A stretch of DNA of 64,000 bases from Chrysomallon squamiferum (Eukaryota > Animalia > Mollusca): the NCBI GenBank assembly GCA_012295275.1, contig CM022665.1, positions 2,108,001 through 2,172,000 on the forward strand. Reading direction: 5' to 3'. Each line of letters starts with the position of its first letter. The first letter of the stretch is position 1. Made by a program: the position numbers and the translations under genes. The notes beneath the pieces are model-generated. The model made no database searches. It was given only the letters and a program-made list of their open reading frames with translations, and was not told the origin of the DNA. Of the stretch, positions 29,745-43,915 are shown piece by piece.

Positions 29745-30485
29745 AGAGAATAAATTAATTTCTTGAAAACGGCATGTGGAGTTATTCGAGATATTGTGTG
29801 TTTGTCGTTTCCGAGGCGTACAGTTTGGTACTTTATTTCTTAGAAACTCTCGCAAGGAAAAGAAAAACTAGTTTTCACAGTGGTTTATTAATAACAAATC
29901 AATCTTCAGAAACTAAGCGGAGTCAGTCTATCCCGCTGTTTGCTTATATATTAAGGTATCAAATGGCAGCGTAAGTGGTATATTATATCAGCACAAAATA
30001 GCCGTAACAGAAAAGATGAAGTGCTTCGTAGCGTCAAAAATTATATTTGCTTAGGTTGACACTCATGATATGTTGTATGATGAAAAGATTAGCCGGGAAT
30101 GAGAGACAGAGAGAGAGAGAGAAAAAAAATATATAGATTAAACAAAGAAAAATGAAATTTAAAAATTGAATGAAGGTTGTAAATAATGTTCGCTTCAATA
30201 ATTCAGTTCACATGACGGAGTATTTTCAAGATTTAAGGCAATTAATAGTACTCCCGAAATCACCCATATTTATTTATTGTATATTTTAATGCTATGAAAA
30301 ATGTACTTGTTTGTTTAGGAAGAAAAAGAAAAAAAGGGGGGTTTAAATAATATGTATGTTTTTGGGAAGAATTTATGTAAGAAAGAAAACAAAGAAATTA
30401 GTAAAAATGTATTATAGGATTGTAAATAAATCAGTTAATATTTACGAAACAATAACAATAACAACAACAAAAACAACAACGACAG

Positions 30486-30511
30486 TAATAATAATAATAA
30501 TAATAATAATA

Positions 30512-30539
<28 letters not shown>
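30486..30539. repeat. Perfect 54-bp AT-only palindrome (TAA)9(TTA)9
   Basis: Head-to-head junction of (AAT)n and (ATT)n, centred at 30512/30513. Confidence 0.9.
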
Positions 30540-30568
<29 letters not shown>

Positions 30569-31310
30569 TATTTTAATATTAATAATAACTCAAACTGTTG
30601 TCGCGCAGAAAAACGAAATTAATATTCAATTTGTAAACAAAAGAACAAAACAAATAACAAATCAAATTAGTATTTTTATTTATTTATACATTTTTTTTTT
30701 TATCATTAAAAATAAAATACAACAAATGAATGATCTAACGAACTGATGATGGAAACAATACTCAAGGAAGCAGTATTGTTTTCTTTCTTATCTGTCCCTT
30801 ATTTTTATTTTATTTTATCTACACTAAATTAATTAAAACTGCTATGATTTACTTTAATTTCAGCGAATCAATAATTACAGATAGGCAGTACAGGTGCTAT
30901 GGAGGAACTGGTATTTAATATGAAATTTATTACCCTAGTTACATTTATTCACTGGGGATTTGAACACGATATTAATGATGAATATTCTATTTATTACAGT
31001 CAACATACTCTGTGGAAACAGTGTGAGCTGTTAGACAGCCAGCACTCAGTAACAAGACGCGACATATAAACCTTATTACACGTAATCAAATTGAGAATAA
31101 AACTGAAGTTGTAACGCGGTGGCGGGAGAAAATGATATATTCAAAATCTATCAGGAATTGATTATCTCTTTATTAGCGTGTGATTAAATCAGGAAATACT
31201 GGAACTCAGTTTTATACATATATATATATAATAAAAATAAAAATAATAATAAGAAACAAAAAAAAACTTTTGATCGTGAAAACCCCCAACAATTTCACAA
31301 TTTCGTATTC

Positions 31311-31354
<44 letters not shown>

Positions 31355-32074
31355 TGTATGTGTGTGTGTGTGTGTGTATATATGTATATATATAATCACT
31401 GAAATGACTTATGTTACAATATACAAATAACAAAGGATATAGTAGGCTTTATTATACCACTTGCTGGTTTATAACGCGAAATAACGGAATAAATGAGTCT
31501 TTAAAAAAAAAAAAAAAAAAAAAAAATTCAGTGTATTTGCATAAATAAAAAATTGGCGCTGACTCAGTAATGAACACTTCAAGTGTTTTCCCCACCCATG
31601 TGATAATTTATAGAACTGCCCCGGGCAATATACTGTGTCGTGTGATTTTTATATGTAAACGAGATTCTCGTTACGTGATACACAGGCGTCCTCAGTGCAC
31701 AAGTCCAGCAGCATTCCATTCACTTTAACATTTTATTTTTGTGTGTAAAATATTATTTTTTTAACAAACTTAAAACAGATGTAGTGGTGTGTAAATGTAG
31801 TAGTAGTAATAGTAGCAGTAGTAGTAGAAGTAGAAGTAGCAGTAATAGAAATAGGAGGAGTAGTAATATTTGAAAAACTAGTAAAAGTTGTAGTTGTAAT
31901 AAGACTAATACTAGTAGTAGGAGAGGAAAATACATTTTTAGTGAATCGGTCTTTAAATAAAAGGATAATTAACTGAATAAATAAACAAACAGACAAGCAC
32001 AATCAAACAAATAAATAAATAATGATAATCATAATCATATTCAAATACTATTTATATATTTATTTATTTATTCG

Positions 32075-32164
<90 letters not shown>

Positions 32165-32350
32165 GACAAAGGGGAATAACGAATGAGTTGAAATACATCT
32201 GTTTATTTCACCAGTGTGTTTAAAGAGTACTGGACAAGTTATCTCTGTTAATTTATGTATTGTAATCATATGTGTTATTAATATTAAACTTGTAACGATA
32301 TATCACAGTCGGCCTGGTTTATCTCATTATCGAGATGTCTCGCAAAAAGG

Positions 32351-32381
<31 letters not shown>

Positions 32382-32791
32382 AATTTCTGATCGACAACGC
32401 GACAATGGCGTGTGTGTTTGCAAGGCCTAACGAATCCGTGGCCAAACGCGCTTCGCATTAGCCAAAGAGTAATATCTGCCCAAGTTGATCGTCGCAACAA
32501 ATACAATTTTTCTGTGCTATTAGGAAAGACAGTTTCATATTTTGTATTCGCAATTAGAGTCCCGAGCGAGGCATTTCCCACACCGAGAAGAAATTCCCTC
32601 TTTAAGATCAATTCATTTTGTCTTGCATGCACACGGGATCATTTAGAGTGTAACAAATCCGTACCTATCAATTTCCTTTTTATCATCATTAGGAAGCCGT
32701 CATTTGCGAATGGGACGGGTTATTGTCTGTCATGGTGAGATATGTCCCAGTTTGCTAATTACTCAAAAATAAGAACGACTATTTTTTTGTG

Positions 32792-32822
<31 letters not shown>

Positions 32823-33514
32823 GTTGTTGTTGTTTTCCTAATGGAAAATTATACAATACTGTTTTCAGTTTTTAGTTTCTTTTTGTTACCTGGTAGTGTC
32901 TTTAATCACAGAGAGTTAATTAATTTTCTCAAAGCGTTGTCAGTAAAGACTGAGTTTGGTCACAGTGGAAATATCAAAATATGAGATAAATTATTTTTTC
33001 TTCTTCTTCTTAGAATTAGCAGATTGGCGAAGACGTTTCTGTTTTGTTTTTGTTTTAATTTTCCTTTGTTTAAATGTTTTATGAGCGACTTATTCTCCCC
33101 TTAAAATATAATTTTCCAGATTTTAATTTAAAAAAAATATAAAAAAAAAATAAATTCACAGCTCCCTAGTTATAACACTTGTAAAGTGAAAATAATTACA
33201 AGAAAAAGAATTATTCTCTTTTATTCATATAATTATATTTAATAATATTAATAATAACAATATTAATAATAATAATAATAATAATAATAATGAAGATGAT
33301 GATGATGATGATGATGATGATAATAATTGAGAAAGAAAATTTTAGTAATCAAAAATAAGAATTAGACAAACTGATAGTATAAAAATAATTATAATAAATC
33401 AAACAAAACAAATATGAATGAATGAATGAACGAATTAATAAATTAAAAAAGCAATAAAATAAAATAAAAAACACACAAAATATTTTACAAAATAAAAATC
33501 AATATAAAAATCTT

Positions 33515-33560
<46 letters not shown>

Positions 33561-33581
33561 TACATTTCATCGCTTTAACCA

Positions 33582-33623
<42 letters not shown>

Positions 33624-34476
33624 AATAAACGAAAGAAACTTTAAAAAAAAAAAAAAATAATAATAATAACAAAGCTCAGTATTAACGTGTATTTAATTCA
33701 GAAACGAAACTGCCAGTCTGTCGCAGATTTCACCAGTATTCCAGATATCATTTTCTGTATAAATCACGCGATAGTTTATTTACAAAGTTTTCACTCAGTG
33801 ACTTTCATCTCGGCTAAACTGGCATACCTGGTCGTCAATTCACCTGTGCCACGCACTAACTTCAAAGACACTACCTGACGGGGAGTGCTAATATATTAAT
33901 ATCAGAATATTATAACGAGCGCGCGCGGTGAATTCTACCTTTGAGTGAAGGACATGATTCAAGTTGAACGTATATACTGGCACAGCATAAATCAGGCGCG
34001 AATGAAAAAGACAGGAAAGCGGTACGGGACTAGAGGTGTATTATGGACGGGTGAAAATTTATTATCTACCTAATGGAATGTATCTAGTGGTTAGAGTGTA
34101 GAATTTTAAGTTATAATATTTATCAACTCATACTTCAAATATCAGACGAACTCTGTCGTTTTTATCAGGTGCATATTCAAGTTTGTCCGTGTAATATAAA
34201 ATAGTTTGATCTTTCTTTTTTTTTTTTTTCATTTAATTTATGTTTAGATTTTCTTTAACGTAAATCAAGAACATCAGCCAGTTCAGTGAAAAAAAAAAAA
34301 ATGACAACAAAAAAACAACAACAACAACAACAACAATTTAATAAAAACTAGCTTATGAAAATGTCCACTATTTGACAAAGTAATTACTGTCATACAACAC
34401 CATCTTGAACAATTAAAATTATATATATATATATTTTTTTTAATATTACTATAATATATAAGATATACAGTTTAAT

Positions 34477-34507
<31 letters not shown>

Positions 34508-35004
34508 TATTATTTTTGTGTGAGTGTGAGTATGGTTTTTATGAAATATTTATTCTGTGAAAACTTTAACAATTTCATTAAAAAAAAAACTAGCAATAGA
34601 TGTGTCAAGTATGAACAAATATTCAGTCTTCCGAGTGTTAAGAATAAAATAAAATATTTAGACTCACAGCCACAAGTCAAACACTGATGTCACACTCACC
34701 AAACACGCATTCACTGTCCCACTATCGATTCGTGCATCCTTCCTTCCATGCACAGATGTACGAACAGCCGCACTGCGCGTCAGAAGAATTTTGTTTTCAA
34801 ATAAATAAATGGTTGTCTCCCTTCTCAGACTCTCCCGATACTATTGATGTTATTGTGGTGTTGTTTTCAGAAAAGAAACCAAAAACAAAAACAACAGTCC
34901 CGAAAGTAAAACAACATTAAAAAAACAAAAACAAAAAACACATAAATTAAGAAGTGAATGACAGAAACTGATAAACAAAGGAATAAAATAATTATAAACA
35001 TTAA

Positions 35005-35055
<51 letters not shown>

Positions 35056-35058
<3 letters not shown>

Positions 35059-35150
35059 TGTAATGATAATAATACTACTACTAGTAATAATAATTGTGAT
35101 GATGATAATACTACTACTAGTAATAATAATTGTGATGATGATAATAGTAG

Positions 35151-35183
<33 letters not shown>

Positions 35184-35237
35184 TGTAATAATAATAAAAA
35201 TACTACTAGTAATAATAATTGTGATGATGATAATAAT

Positions 35238-35240
<3 letters not shown>
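35056..35240. repeat. 36-bp minisatellite built from AAT/GAT/ACT triplets
   Basis: Unit AATTGTGATGATGATAATACTACTACTAGTAATAAT, with AATTG anchors at 35056, 35092, 35128, then 35181 and 35217. Confidence 0.85.
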
Positions 35241-35276
<36 letters not shown>

Positions 35277-35489
35277 AATAATAATAAAAAGCGGGATGGA
35301 GGTACCTCAAACATTTTTTTTTTTCTAAATTAATTCTTTATCTACATGTTAACTAACTGCTTTGCAAAACATAATAATTTTCTGTTTCCCTATTTCTGAA
35401 TCAAACCAGCTCCTAACAAATCTTTTACCTAAAAAACCCTCCTCAAAAACAACCCAAAAAACAACAACAACAACTATGAAAAACAAACA

Positions 35490-35680
35490 ATGGTATATGT
35501 TTTTGTCGCTATAGGAAGGTGTATTTAAACCAAACCAACGACACTAACTCACGGGGTAGAAGTAGCGGGTTTTTTTCTCTCTCGTCATCATTTTAAAAGA
35601 AACGTGGACTGACCCTTCATAACGGTTAACACTCAAGTGTGTGTCACTGTGCAGATTTAACGTTCATTTATTCACTCAAC
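35490..35680 (+). mobile_element. Possible old SINE-like remnant ending in a TTCA-type tail
   Basis: Ends ...ctgtgcagatttaacgttcatttattcactca, loosely resembling the 3' end of the 53279-53386 insertion (ctgtgg...ttaaagcattcattc). Highly degraded; no TSD seen. Confidence 0.25.
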
Positions 35681-36706
35681 TGTGTCCTAACTGTTTCTCT
35701 CTCTCACTCCGTGTATTCCTTTCAGCAATTATACAAATGAGTAGAAATGGCAGAATTATGTTAATTATCAATTTGGAGCTTGTTTCAGATAAATACAAAA
35801 TATGTAGTATGTGAGTGTGTGTGTGTGTGGGTGTGTGTTTGTGTTTGTGTGTGTTTTTTGTGTGAGTATATATGTGTGTGTGTGTTGTATCAGCATGTTG
35901 ATTTGTTCTTATTAGAAATATAGACAAAGAAGTAAATAAATATTTTCTGTTAAAAACTGACCCATTAAAAAAAATAAAAAATAAAAATAAATAAATAGAA
36001 ATCAGTTGCAATATCTACTGTCTAAATAAGTAAATATCCAAATAAATAAATATATAAATAATTAAACAAATAAATAAATAAATAAATAAATAAATAAAAA
36101 TTAAATGTAAAGAAAGAAGAATAATCATTGAATTATTTAAAACTTAAATACATTTGAAAACAAAATACATTAAAAAAATAATGATTTGTTCTTGACCTTT
36201 TTCTTTATTTATTGTATAATTTTTGGACGTTATGACCTTTCTAAAAATAATATGAATCTTTTTATTTGCTAAAACTGTAATTATTTATTTTTTTCTCTGA
36301 TTTCTTGCTATTTTGGAAATACGTCTTCCATTTTCTAAATGTTACAATTAACTAAATAATTATGATCTATGTTTTTAATTTCAGTTAAAACATGTCATTC
36401 GTTTGTTTTAATTATTGTATGTTTTGTTATTATTATTAGTGTTGTTGTGGTTATGATTGTTATTATTCGTCGCCAGAACAAAATCAAGTATGTTTTATAA
36501 CTAAATTATTTATTGACTACTTATTAATTTACCGATTTGTTTATTTATTTATGTGTTTGTTTATTTCATTTATAAAAAGTTCGCACAACTGAAAATTACT
36601 ATTTTATTATTATTATTATTATTATTTTACTTGTCATGTTAAAATATAAATTTTATTTCAGCTGTAATATTTTGAGTTTTGTTTGATAAAATAAAGGATA
36701 TCTTAA

Positions 36707-36742
<36 letters not shown>

Positions 36743-37104
36743 TAATAATAATAATGAAGAATAAAATAACATTTACAGCCAGTGAATAATAATAAATTTA
36801 AAAAAAAAAAAAGACGAGAAATAAGAAAGAAAAAAAGGACTGAATGAAAGAAAGAAAGAAAATAAAAAAAGAGAAAACGAAGAAAAAAGCTAGTGAGATG
36901 GGAAATAACACGCCGAATTCAATTTTCGTTAGACATTTTGGTCTTCTTTGACATTTCATTTAACAGTGGCTTCAATATAATTCACCCACTGAACTACGAA
37001 GTCAAGATAAATTTGGGTTAGGCCAGATATTTGAACTGACGACAATTTCTGATTGGAAGACAACCAAATGCTCGATCTCTTGATTGGGGTCTTCAACCTC
37101 TTTA

Positions 37105-37150
37105 CCCCCCCTCCACCCCTAGCCCAAAACCATCCCCCATCCCCCATCCC
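37105..37150 (-). other. Potential G-quadruplex (minus strand) / i-motif (plus strand)
   Basis: Six C-runs of 3-7 nt at 37105, 37116, 37123, 37134, 37141 and 37148. Confidence 0.55.
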
Positions 37151-37239
37151 GCACACAAATCCCTTTTCAACCCGAAGGTAATCGATACGTGATATATTTT
37201 TCTACTTCACAACTTCGTTTGCAAGAAAAAGAACACACA

Positions 37240-37270
<31 letters not shown>

Positions 37271-39450
37271 GAGAGAGAAAGGGGGAAAAAATAATAATGA
37301 GTTGGCAGAATCATTTAGTAGGGCGTAAAGGATTTCGTTGCCGTTACTAGATGCGATCCACTGATATACACAGCGCCGGAGAGTGGAAACTCGACGCTAA
37401 ATTGATGTAAGTTTATGATAGTTTTACAGTGGTAAGGCAATGAGAAGATTTTTTTTTTTTTTCGTTAACGAGGAAACGTATCTTCTTTCGTATTATAGGG
37501 TTGCTAAAGTTCAGACCTGCGAGTTGGGTATTTCGAGGTTTTATTTTCTCTCGCCATCTATAACCCAGTGACGAGCAGGTTTCATACCGGATGTTCGCTG
37601 AAAAGATACTGGTCTGTGTCTCGAATAACGATACTTGAATGAGGAAATGGAGATGGGGAGAGAGAAGTTGTGTCAGTTTTTTTCAAACTTTTTTTTTTTT
37701 TTAAACTCACGGCACGCGGTGTTAATTAAGATGGAAAATATTTAAGGTATGATATTGTTATACCTGCTCAAGTTAAACTGGCGAAAAAGATAAAAACAAA
37801 AAAAGTTGCGTTGCTAAAAACGAAATGAAAAAAGAAGAAGATTTAAATGGAAAGAAAGAAAAACAAGAAAGAAAAAAAGGAACGAAAGGAAAAAAGATTT
37901 TAAAAATAATAAAGTTGAATATAATGAAGAAAAGAAAAAAACAGTCAGAAACGAAAATAATAATAATAATAATAAACAGCCAACAACGAAATCAACAACA
38001 ACAATAATAATCTAATACTAATACTAATAATAATCCTACTACTAATAAACAAACAACAACGGCAACATACAACAATAATAATTTTAATAATAATCAAACC
38101 ATCAATAACAACAACAAACAACAACAGCAATAATATACTAATCCTATTTTAACAAGACAAAAGAAAACGAAAACAAATTTTTTTTTTTTTTTTATTACAT
38201 TCTTTTTCATCCTTTAATTATTTTTTTCTTCTATTTATTTATTTTCTTCTTTTTTTTTTCTTACATTTTATTTACTAATTCCTCGTTATACTGGTGTTTT
38301 TATTTCCTTTACACAAAAAAAACAACCTGCCTCAAGATAATTTAATTTAGACATCTCCGCCATACTGCTTGGTAGCTGACGTCGAAAATTGTCGTACGCG
38401 ATGTCACCCACGGCCTACAGACATCTGCGACGGTTACACTGTCAATTCTGTCTCCGTCGTGTCACTGGGCGAAGTAACTTGTTGTAAAAGAAACCTGCGC
38501 TCAAGGACATAAATTCTATCAAAAGTCCTTCACAACTGATCACCGCCAATTTTCTTCATTCTTGAATTTTTTTTTATTTGCGTTTGTTTTTTGTTTTTTC
38601 TGTTAGTTTTTAAGTTTTTTTTTTTATTGTGTTTTTTTTTTTTGTTTTTTTTTTTTTCGTGATTTGGGATTAAGTTAGTCTATAAAAGTAAGTGTTATCC
38701 GGCTCGTGTCTCAAGAATGCTAGAAATGTTGACCGTTATGGCACTGTTTTGTTTAATGGTTATGTAATTTAAAACTTTATTACTTGATTTTTGCTTGTTA
38801 CGGAGAAGAGATAACTGCTTAATGAAATAGATAACTCTAAATATATTTATAGAAAAAAAATATAAAATAAGTTTAAAAAAATAAAAAAGTGAAAAAAATA
38901 ATGATAAAATAAATAAATAAATAAATAAAGAGAAAATGAAATAAAAGAAGAAGAAGAAAAAGAAAAAAAACAGATAGAGACAACATAAATAGATATTATT
39001 TTCTATTCATTTTTTTTTTTTTTTCTGTGTCACTGTTAAGTTTGAGTTAAAGTATTTTAAACAGATATGAGTAGCAAAGTTAATTTATGGAAGAAAGACA
39101 ATATTCAGTTTAATATTTCTCAATACGACGCTGGAATTTTCTTTAAGGAAAAAAAACGAAACAAACAAAACAAAAAAACAAACCATACAAACAAACAAAA
39201 GAAACAATAAAAAAACGAAACAAACATAAAATAAAATAAAATAAAATAAAATAAAATAAAATAAAATAACCAAATAAAATAAAATAAAATAAAATAAATA
39301 AATAAATAAAATAAATAAATAACAAATAAACAAATAACTCTTGTGCAAAATTGTTTTCATATGGAAAACCTTTTATATATATACATATATATATATAGAT
39401 AGATATTACTTAAAGAAAAAAAGATGGGGAAGAAGGAAAAAAAACGATAT

Positions 39451-39485
<35 letters not shown>

Positions 39486-39964
39486 TGTTTCCCATATGAA
39501 AAAATTACTCACTCTCAACTGTTTTACATTTGCAAGCATAAACTATCCGATAAGTATTCAAGTTAAGTATTTCACAATTTGATATTCTATAACTGTGCGC
39601 AATGTATGATACGCATATATATTTATTTATCGACTGGAGATAGCGTCGGGCGCCTGGTGCCAGAACGCAACACAGACAGCTGTGTTTATTTCTTTACTCT
39701 TACTGAAATAAATTTGTTCAGAATCTCTTCAAATTATTGCCAAGACATACATTTACTTCTCTGTGTTTTCTTTCAGGCAGTACATTCTTTTCGAATCCGC
39801 CACTTTATTAATTATCAATATAAACACTACTAAAGTGTACGGGTGTTAGACAAGAAAACATTTGCTTAACTGTGATACGTTGTGTCCAGGGCAGTGCGAG
39901 ATCTTTTCGCCTGCTTTAATAGCTTTGTGTTTATACAGCGTAACGTTTTACTTTGAGTTTGTTA

Positions 39965-40005
<41 letters not shown>

Positions 40006-40914
40006 AACTTAAAGTACGTCATGTTGAGTTGCTCAGTTTTTTCACTGTTTAAGAATGTTTCAAGATTTTCACACAACGTATTGATATGAATTTCATTTTT
40101 AAAAAGAACTGTTTTCAGATGAAACCTATTACATTTTTTTTTTTTTTTTTTTTTCATTAGCAGTAAAGAATTTTTATCTATCAACCTTCCTACAAACAGG
40201 AAGCCACATAAGTACACTTAACTAGTTATTAGATACTGGCTAGAACGTGAAATAATGTAATACACACGCTAACGAAGATTGGTTAATTGTTTTAGATCTG
40301 TAATTACACTTAATTCCGTAACTGGTCTTGTTACTTTTTTAAAGAAAAAACCATTATATTAGATCACAAGACGAAGAAAGAAGAAGAAAAAAGAAGAAAT
40401 TCCATGCGCTTAATTTTTGTGATGATATCGAAGATGTCGAGTTTGACAAATGATTTTTCTTTTTTAATGTATTTTGTCTCCTGACGAGTTTCTATCTTGC
40501 CATCTTAACCATTGTGAAAAGAGTTACTTATATTCTGCGAAAACTCATCACGTCGTCTGGATAAAAACCTTATCAGATAGAGCACATCACGTGTATTTAA
40601 TACTGTGTGAAACATTTACATTACCACACATCCTCGCCATTATGCGCTCTAGTCAAACACATGGATATAATTGGAAAAGGTTTTGACATCCCATTAAAGA
40701 AGGTTACTTGTCTCCAGATAGCTTTAACAGCGACTCTATCCGGGATTAATTTTATACAGAAACAAGATATTTACTCAGATAAGCAAAGGTTTGGATTGCA
40801 CTGTTGAACTGCCGTATGGCAGAACGACAATAGGGAATTAATGAAAACTAATCGAGCTGCCTTCACTGTAATAACGTTTATCTAGCCAGGTACTGATCGC
40901 GTTTCTTTACTTAC

Positions 40915-41070
40915 CTGGGTTAAATAACCAGCATAGCGACAGGTGATTCACATTGTTTATTTCTGCTCGACTGATCGCGGTCCAGCCAGTGTTTTTGCTT
41001 GATTAAAGACCATTTTACTAATGTGGAATTTTCGGCCGGGAGACGGCGCGTGCGAGATTGCAGACAGAAG
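40915..41070 (-). other. Candidate non-coding exon (156 nt)
   Basis: Minus strand: tttccccttcgttacttcttgcAG|CTTCTG ... ACCCAG|GTAAGT. All three frames contain a stop. Confidence 0.25.
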
Positions 41071-41749
41071 CTGCAAGAAGTAACGAAGGGGAAATATCCG
41101 AAAAAAAAAAAAAAAGCTTTTGTGTTGGCTATTTGTACCGTGTGCTTCGTTCATGTCTGAGTCACTTCCGACAAATTGTGGGGATTTTGTCCGAGAAACA
41201 CCCCGCCACAAAGACTGCGCGCCACTAACACCGCTACCTGTCTCGCGCCTAACTAGCGTCATGGCGGATCATGCCCACGGGAGTCTGTGCGAGAATTATG
41301 GCTAATCCAGCGTCATGTCTAATGCTATTTTCTGCTTCATTTATTTAACATGGTGGCCAAATTATCGGGGAGAAACAACACGCAGTGACATCTTAAAAGA
41401 CATCATCACAAAACAATGTGAAAATAAAAAGTGAAAGCATTGCCATGTTTTGATGGATAGATCAGCGGAACGTATGGGTGATGGCGACTTGGGAATTGTC
41501 ATTATTCTCACAGTACATAGCTTGTGCTGCTTCTCACTAATACTGTATATACTCTTAATGCTGTTTGAATCTAGCAAGCTTTTAAACAGTTTTTGTTTCG
41601 GTGTTATGGATTAAAATAAGTAACGGTTATATTTGGTAACATTCTGAAGCTTCAGTCAAAATAATTATTTATTAGTACTAACAGAAATACATTGTAAAGA
41701 TAAACTTATATAATTAAGAATAAATCGTTTGTCTATAACAAATGTGTCT

Positions 41750-41940
41750 ACACTGGTGGTGTGTATTCATATATGTGTCTGTATACGTATGTCGTCATGT
41801 ATGTTTGTGTATGTATGTAGTTATGTGTATATGTGTATGTTTGTACGTGTATGTGAACGTCTGTACATATGTATTTGGATGTATGTACATATATTCAGGC
41901 AGATGTATATTTTGTCTGTGTATTTATCTGTCTGGGTGAG
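41750..41940. repeat. Degenerate (ATGT)/(GT) simple repeat
   Basis: Decayed tetra/dinucleotide periodicity. Confidence 0.7.
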
Positions 41941-42520
41941 TGGCAGACAACGTGTTATACGTTTGTAATGTTAAGTTTTCCTGCTTTTGTTACACACGTA
42001 CACACACGTGTGTAAGGTTTCCTGGTGTTGGGAACAGTTACACAATAATGTCTATATAAACGCAGTGCGGTATGGAAACCACTCAAGAAGAAATCTACTG
42101 CAAGTGATAACAAGAGGAATTTCGTGTCTAGATTTTCTGAATTTTATCTGTGTTCCAGGAAGTGGCAGACATTTTCATTTGTAACAACAGACATTAGTAC
42201 CGCGAAATATCACTTCATTACACTGTTCACAGTAATACGCATTATCTCACGTTAATATAGATAAAATGTACCAGAACAACTATACAAAAGATAGTTTACT
42301 GAAAAGATCCTTAGCAAGTTTTCAACTTAATAACTATTCTGTTAAGTTTGATAGTTTTGTTTTTTGGGTTTTTTGTTGTTGTTTTTTTTCCCAGAAATAA
42401 TTGATATTACCACCTTACAGAATTTAAAATTTGAACCTAAAATATTCAATATAAATATTTTTTTTTTATTTATGTTAATCGATATGAAATTTTAAATTAC
42501 CACACTGTAATGGTGATTTG

Positions 42521-42551
<31 letters not shown>

Positions 42552-43640
42552 CAGATATTTATCAAACAAACATGTAATACAGTATTAATAGATGTTATTA
42601 TTAATTAATTCTTGATAAATTTAGTTTATTGTAATTATGACTAATATAATGGGAATAATATTTAGCTTTTAAAAGGGGAAACTGGAGTGTGTGTGTGCAA
42701 AACATAAAGGTCTGTCGGAGTATTTTATTTATTTTATACTGCTATAAATTTGCTTAATACTTCAACTAGATTTGTCATGTGTAATTTGTATGGAATTGCA
42801 GCACAGTTCTTCAAACCTTTCGTGTCGTTCGGTTTATTGACATCACAAGCAATGAATATCACAGCTAATTGAGAAAAATGGGATCTCGTTTGATTTATCG
42901 TGGAACTGCTTTCGTTTTTTGGCGTATCCATTTCTGTCGCCGGACGCTTTGCGTTTGACAAGGTGTGCGTTTCCTCGGAAACCAGAAAGCGCCGTCAGAC
43001 CCGACGACGTCCGAGCAAAACGAATGAGACATTCTTTCAGAGTACGCACAGTCATTGTGTACGTATCATGTCGCTAAGAATGAGAGGAAAATAAACTAGA
43101 TATGACAAGTGCAATATACACGGCATCAGCTAATATTTTCATCGCGGAGTTGTCAGCAAAACGGTGATAGGAGAGAGCAGACAAGTCGGTTCTATTACAG
43201 CGCGCCCCACGCCGTCTTTCGGCAGCTGTTGGCGTAGCAGGAAGGAATTTTCTTATTACTGCAATAATTTCATTTTGACGGTCCAGAAATATACACCGAT
43301 ATACAAAAACCTGTTTTGACTGACGTGGAATTTTCGTCAGTTTCACTCTGGATACATGTTACAGTTGTTTGTTGCTTTTCAAAGATTTTAAGCACCGTGG
43401 AACGAATTATTTTGAAATAAATACCGCACATACCTTCGTTCCTGTGCCTACTTCTACCGATTAACAGGAAGATATCTTTTACATGATTATTCCACGGACA
43501 GGGCAACACTTATTACAGAGTTTGATAGCAAATACACAAATAGTCTGAACTCCCGCACCTAAACAGTTAAATAACATGACACAGGAGCTGTTTACTTATT
43601 GCACGTCTTCACCCTGATTTGTCGACTTCACAGATTTCCT

Positions 43641-43687
<47 letters not shown>

Positions 43688-43699
43688 TTCATTTATCTT

Positions 43700-43915
43700 T
43701 GTCCACCACTAAAAGTGTCATGTCGCTATACCCACCAGACTACCCAGGTATGATGAATTCGTCCACAGTGTCATGATGGAAAACGTCATAACGACTGACA
43801 TCAGTGATGGATAAAGAATATCCTTGCGACTGGAGACAGATGACACACAATCGCCTGAAACCCACGAGACCCTTGTCGCCAGGCAGGTCTCTCGCTTTAT
43901 CCTGATTGATTATGT
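43700..43915. promoter_or_regulatory. Candidate Pbx-Hox/Meis-type enhancer module
   Basis: TGATNNAT at 43751, 43805 and 43903; TGACA/TGTCA at 43716, 43769, 43796 and 43841. Confidence 0.35.

Noticed and set aside
40908-40918. TACTTACCTGG, identical to the U1 snRNA 5' end
   Set aside because: Downstream sequence does not continue as U1; it is better explained as a minus-strand splice donor.
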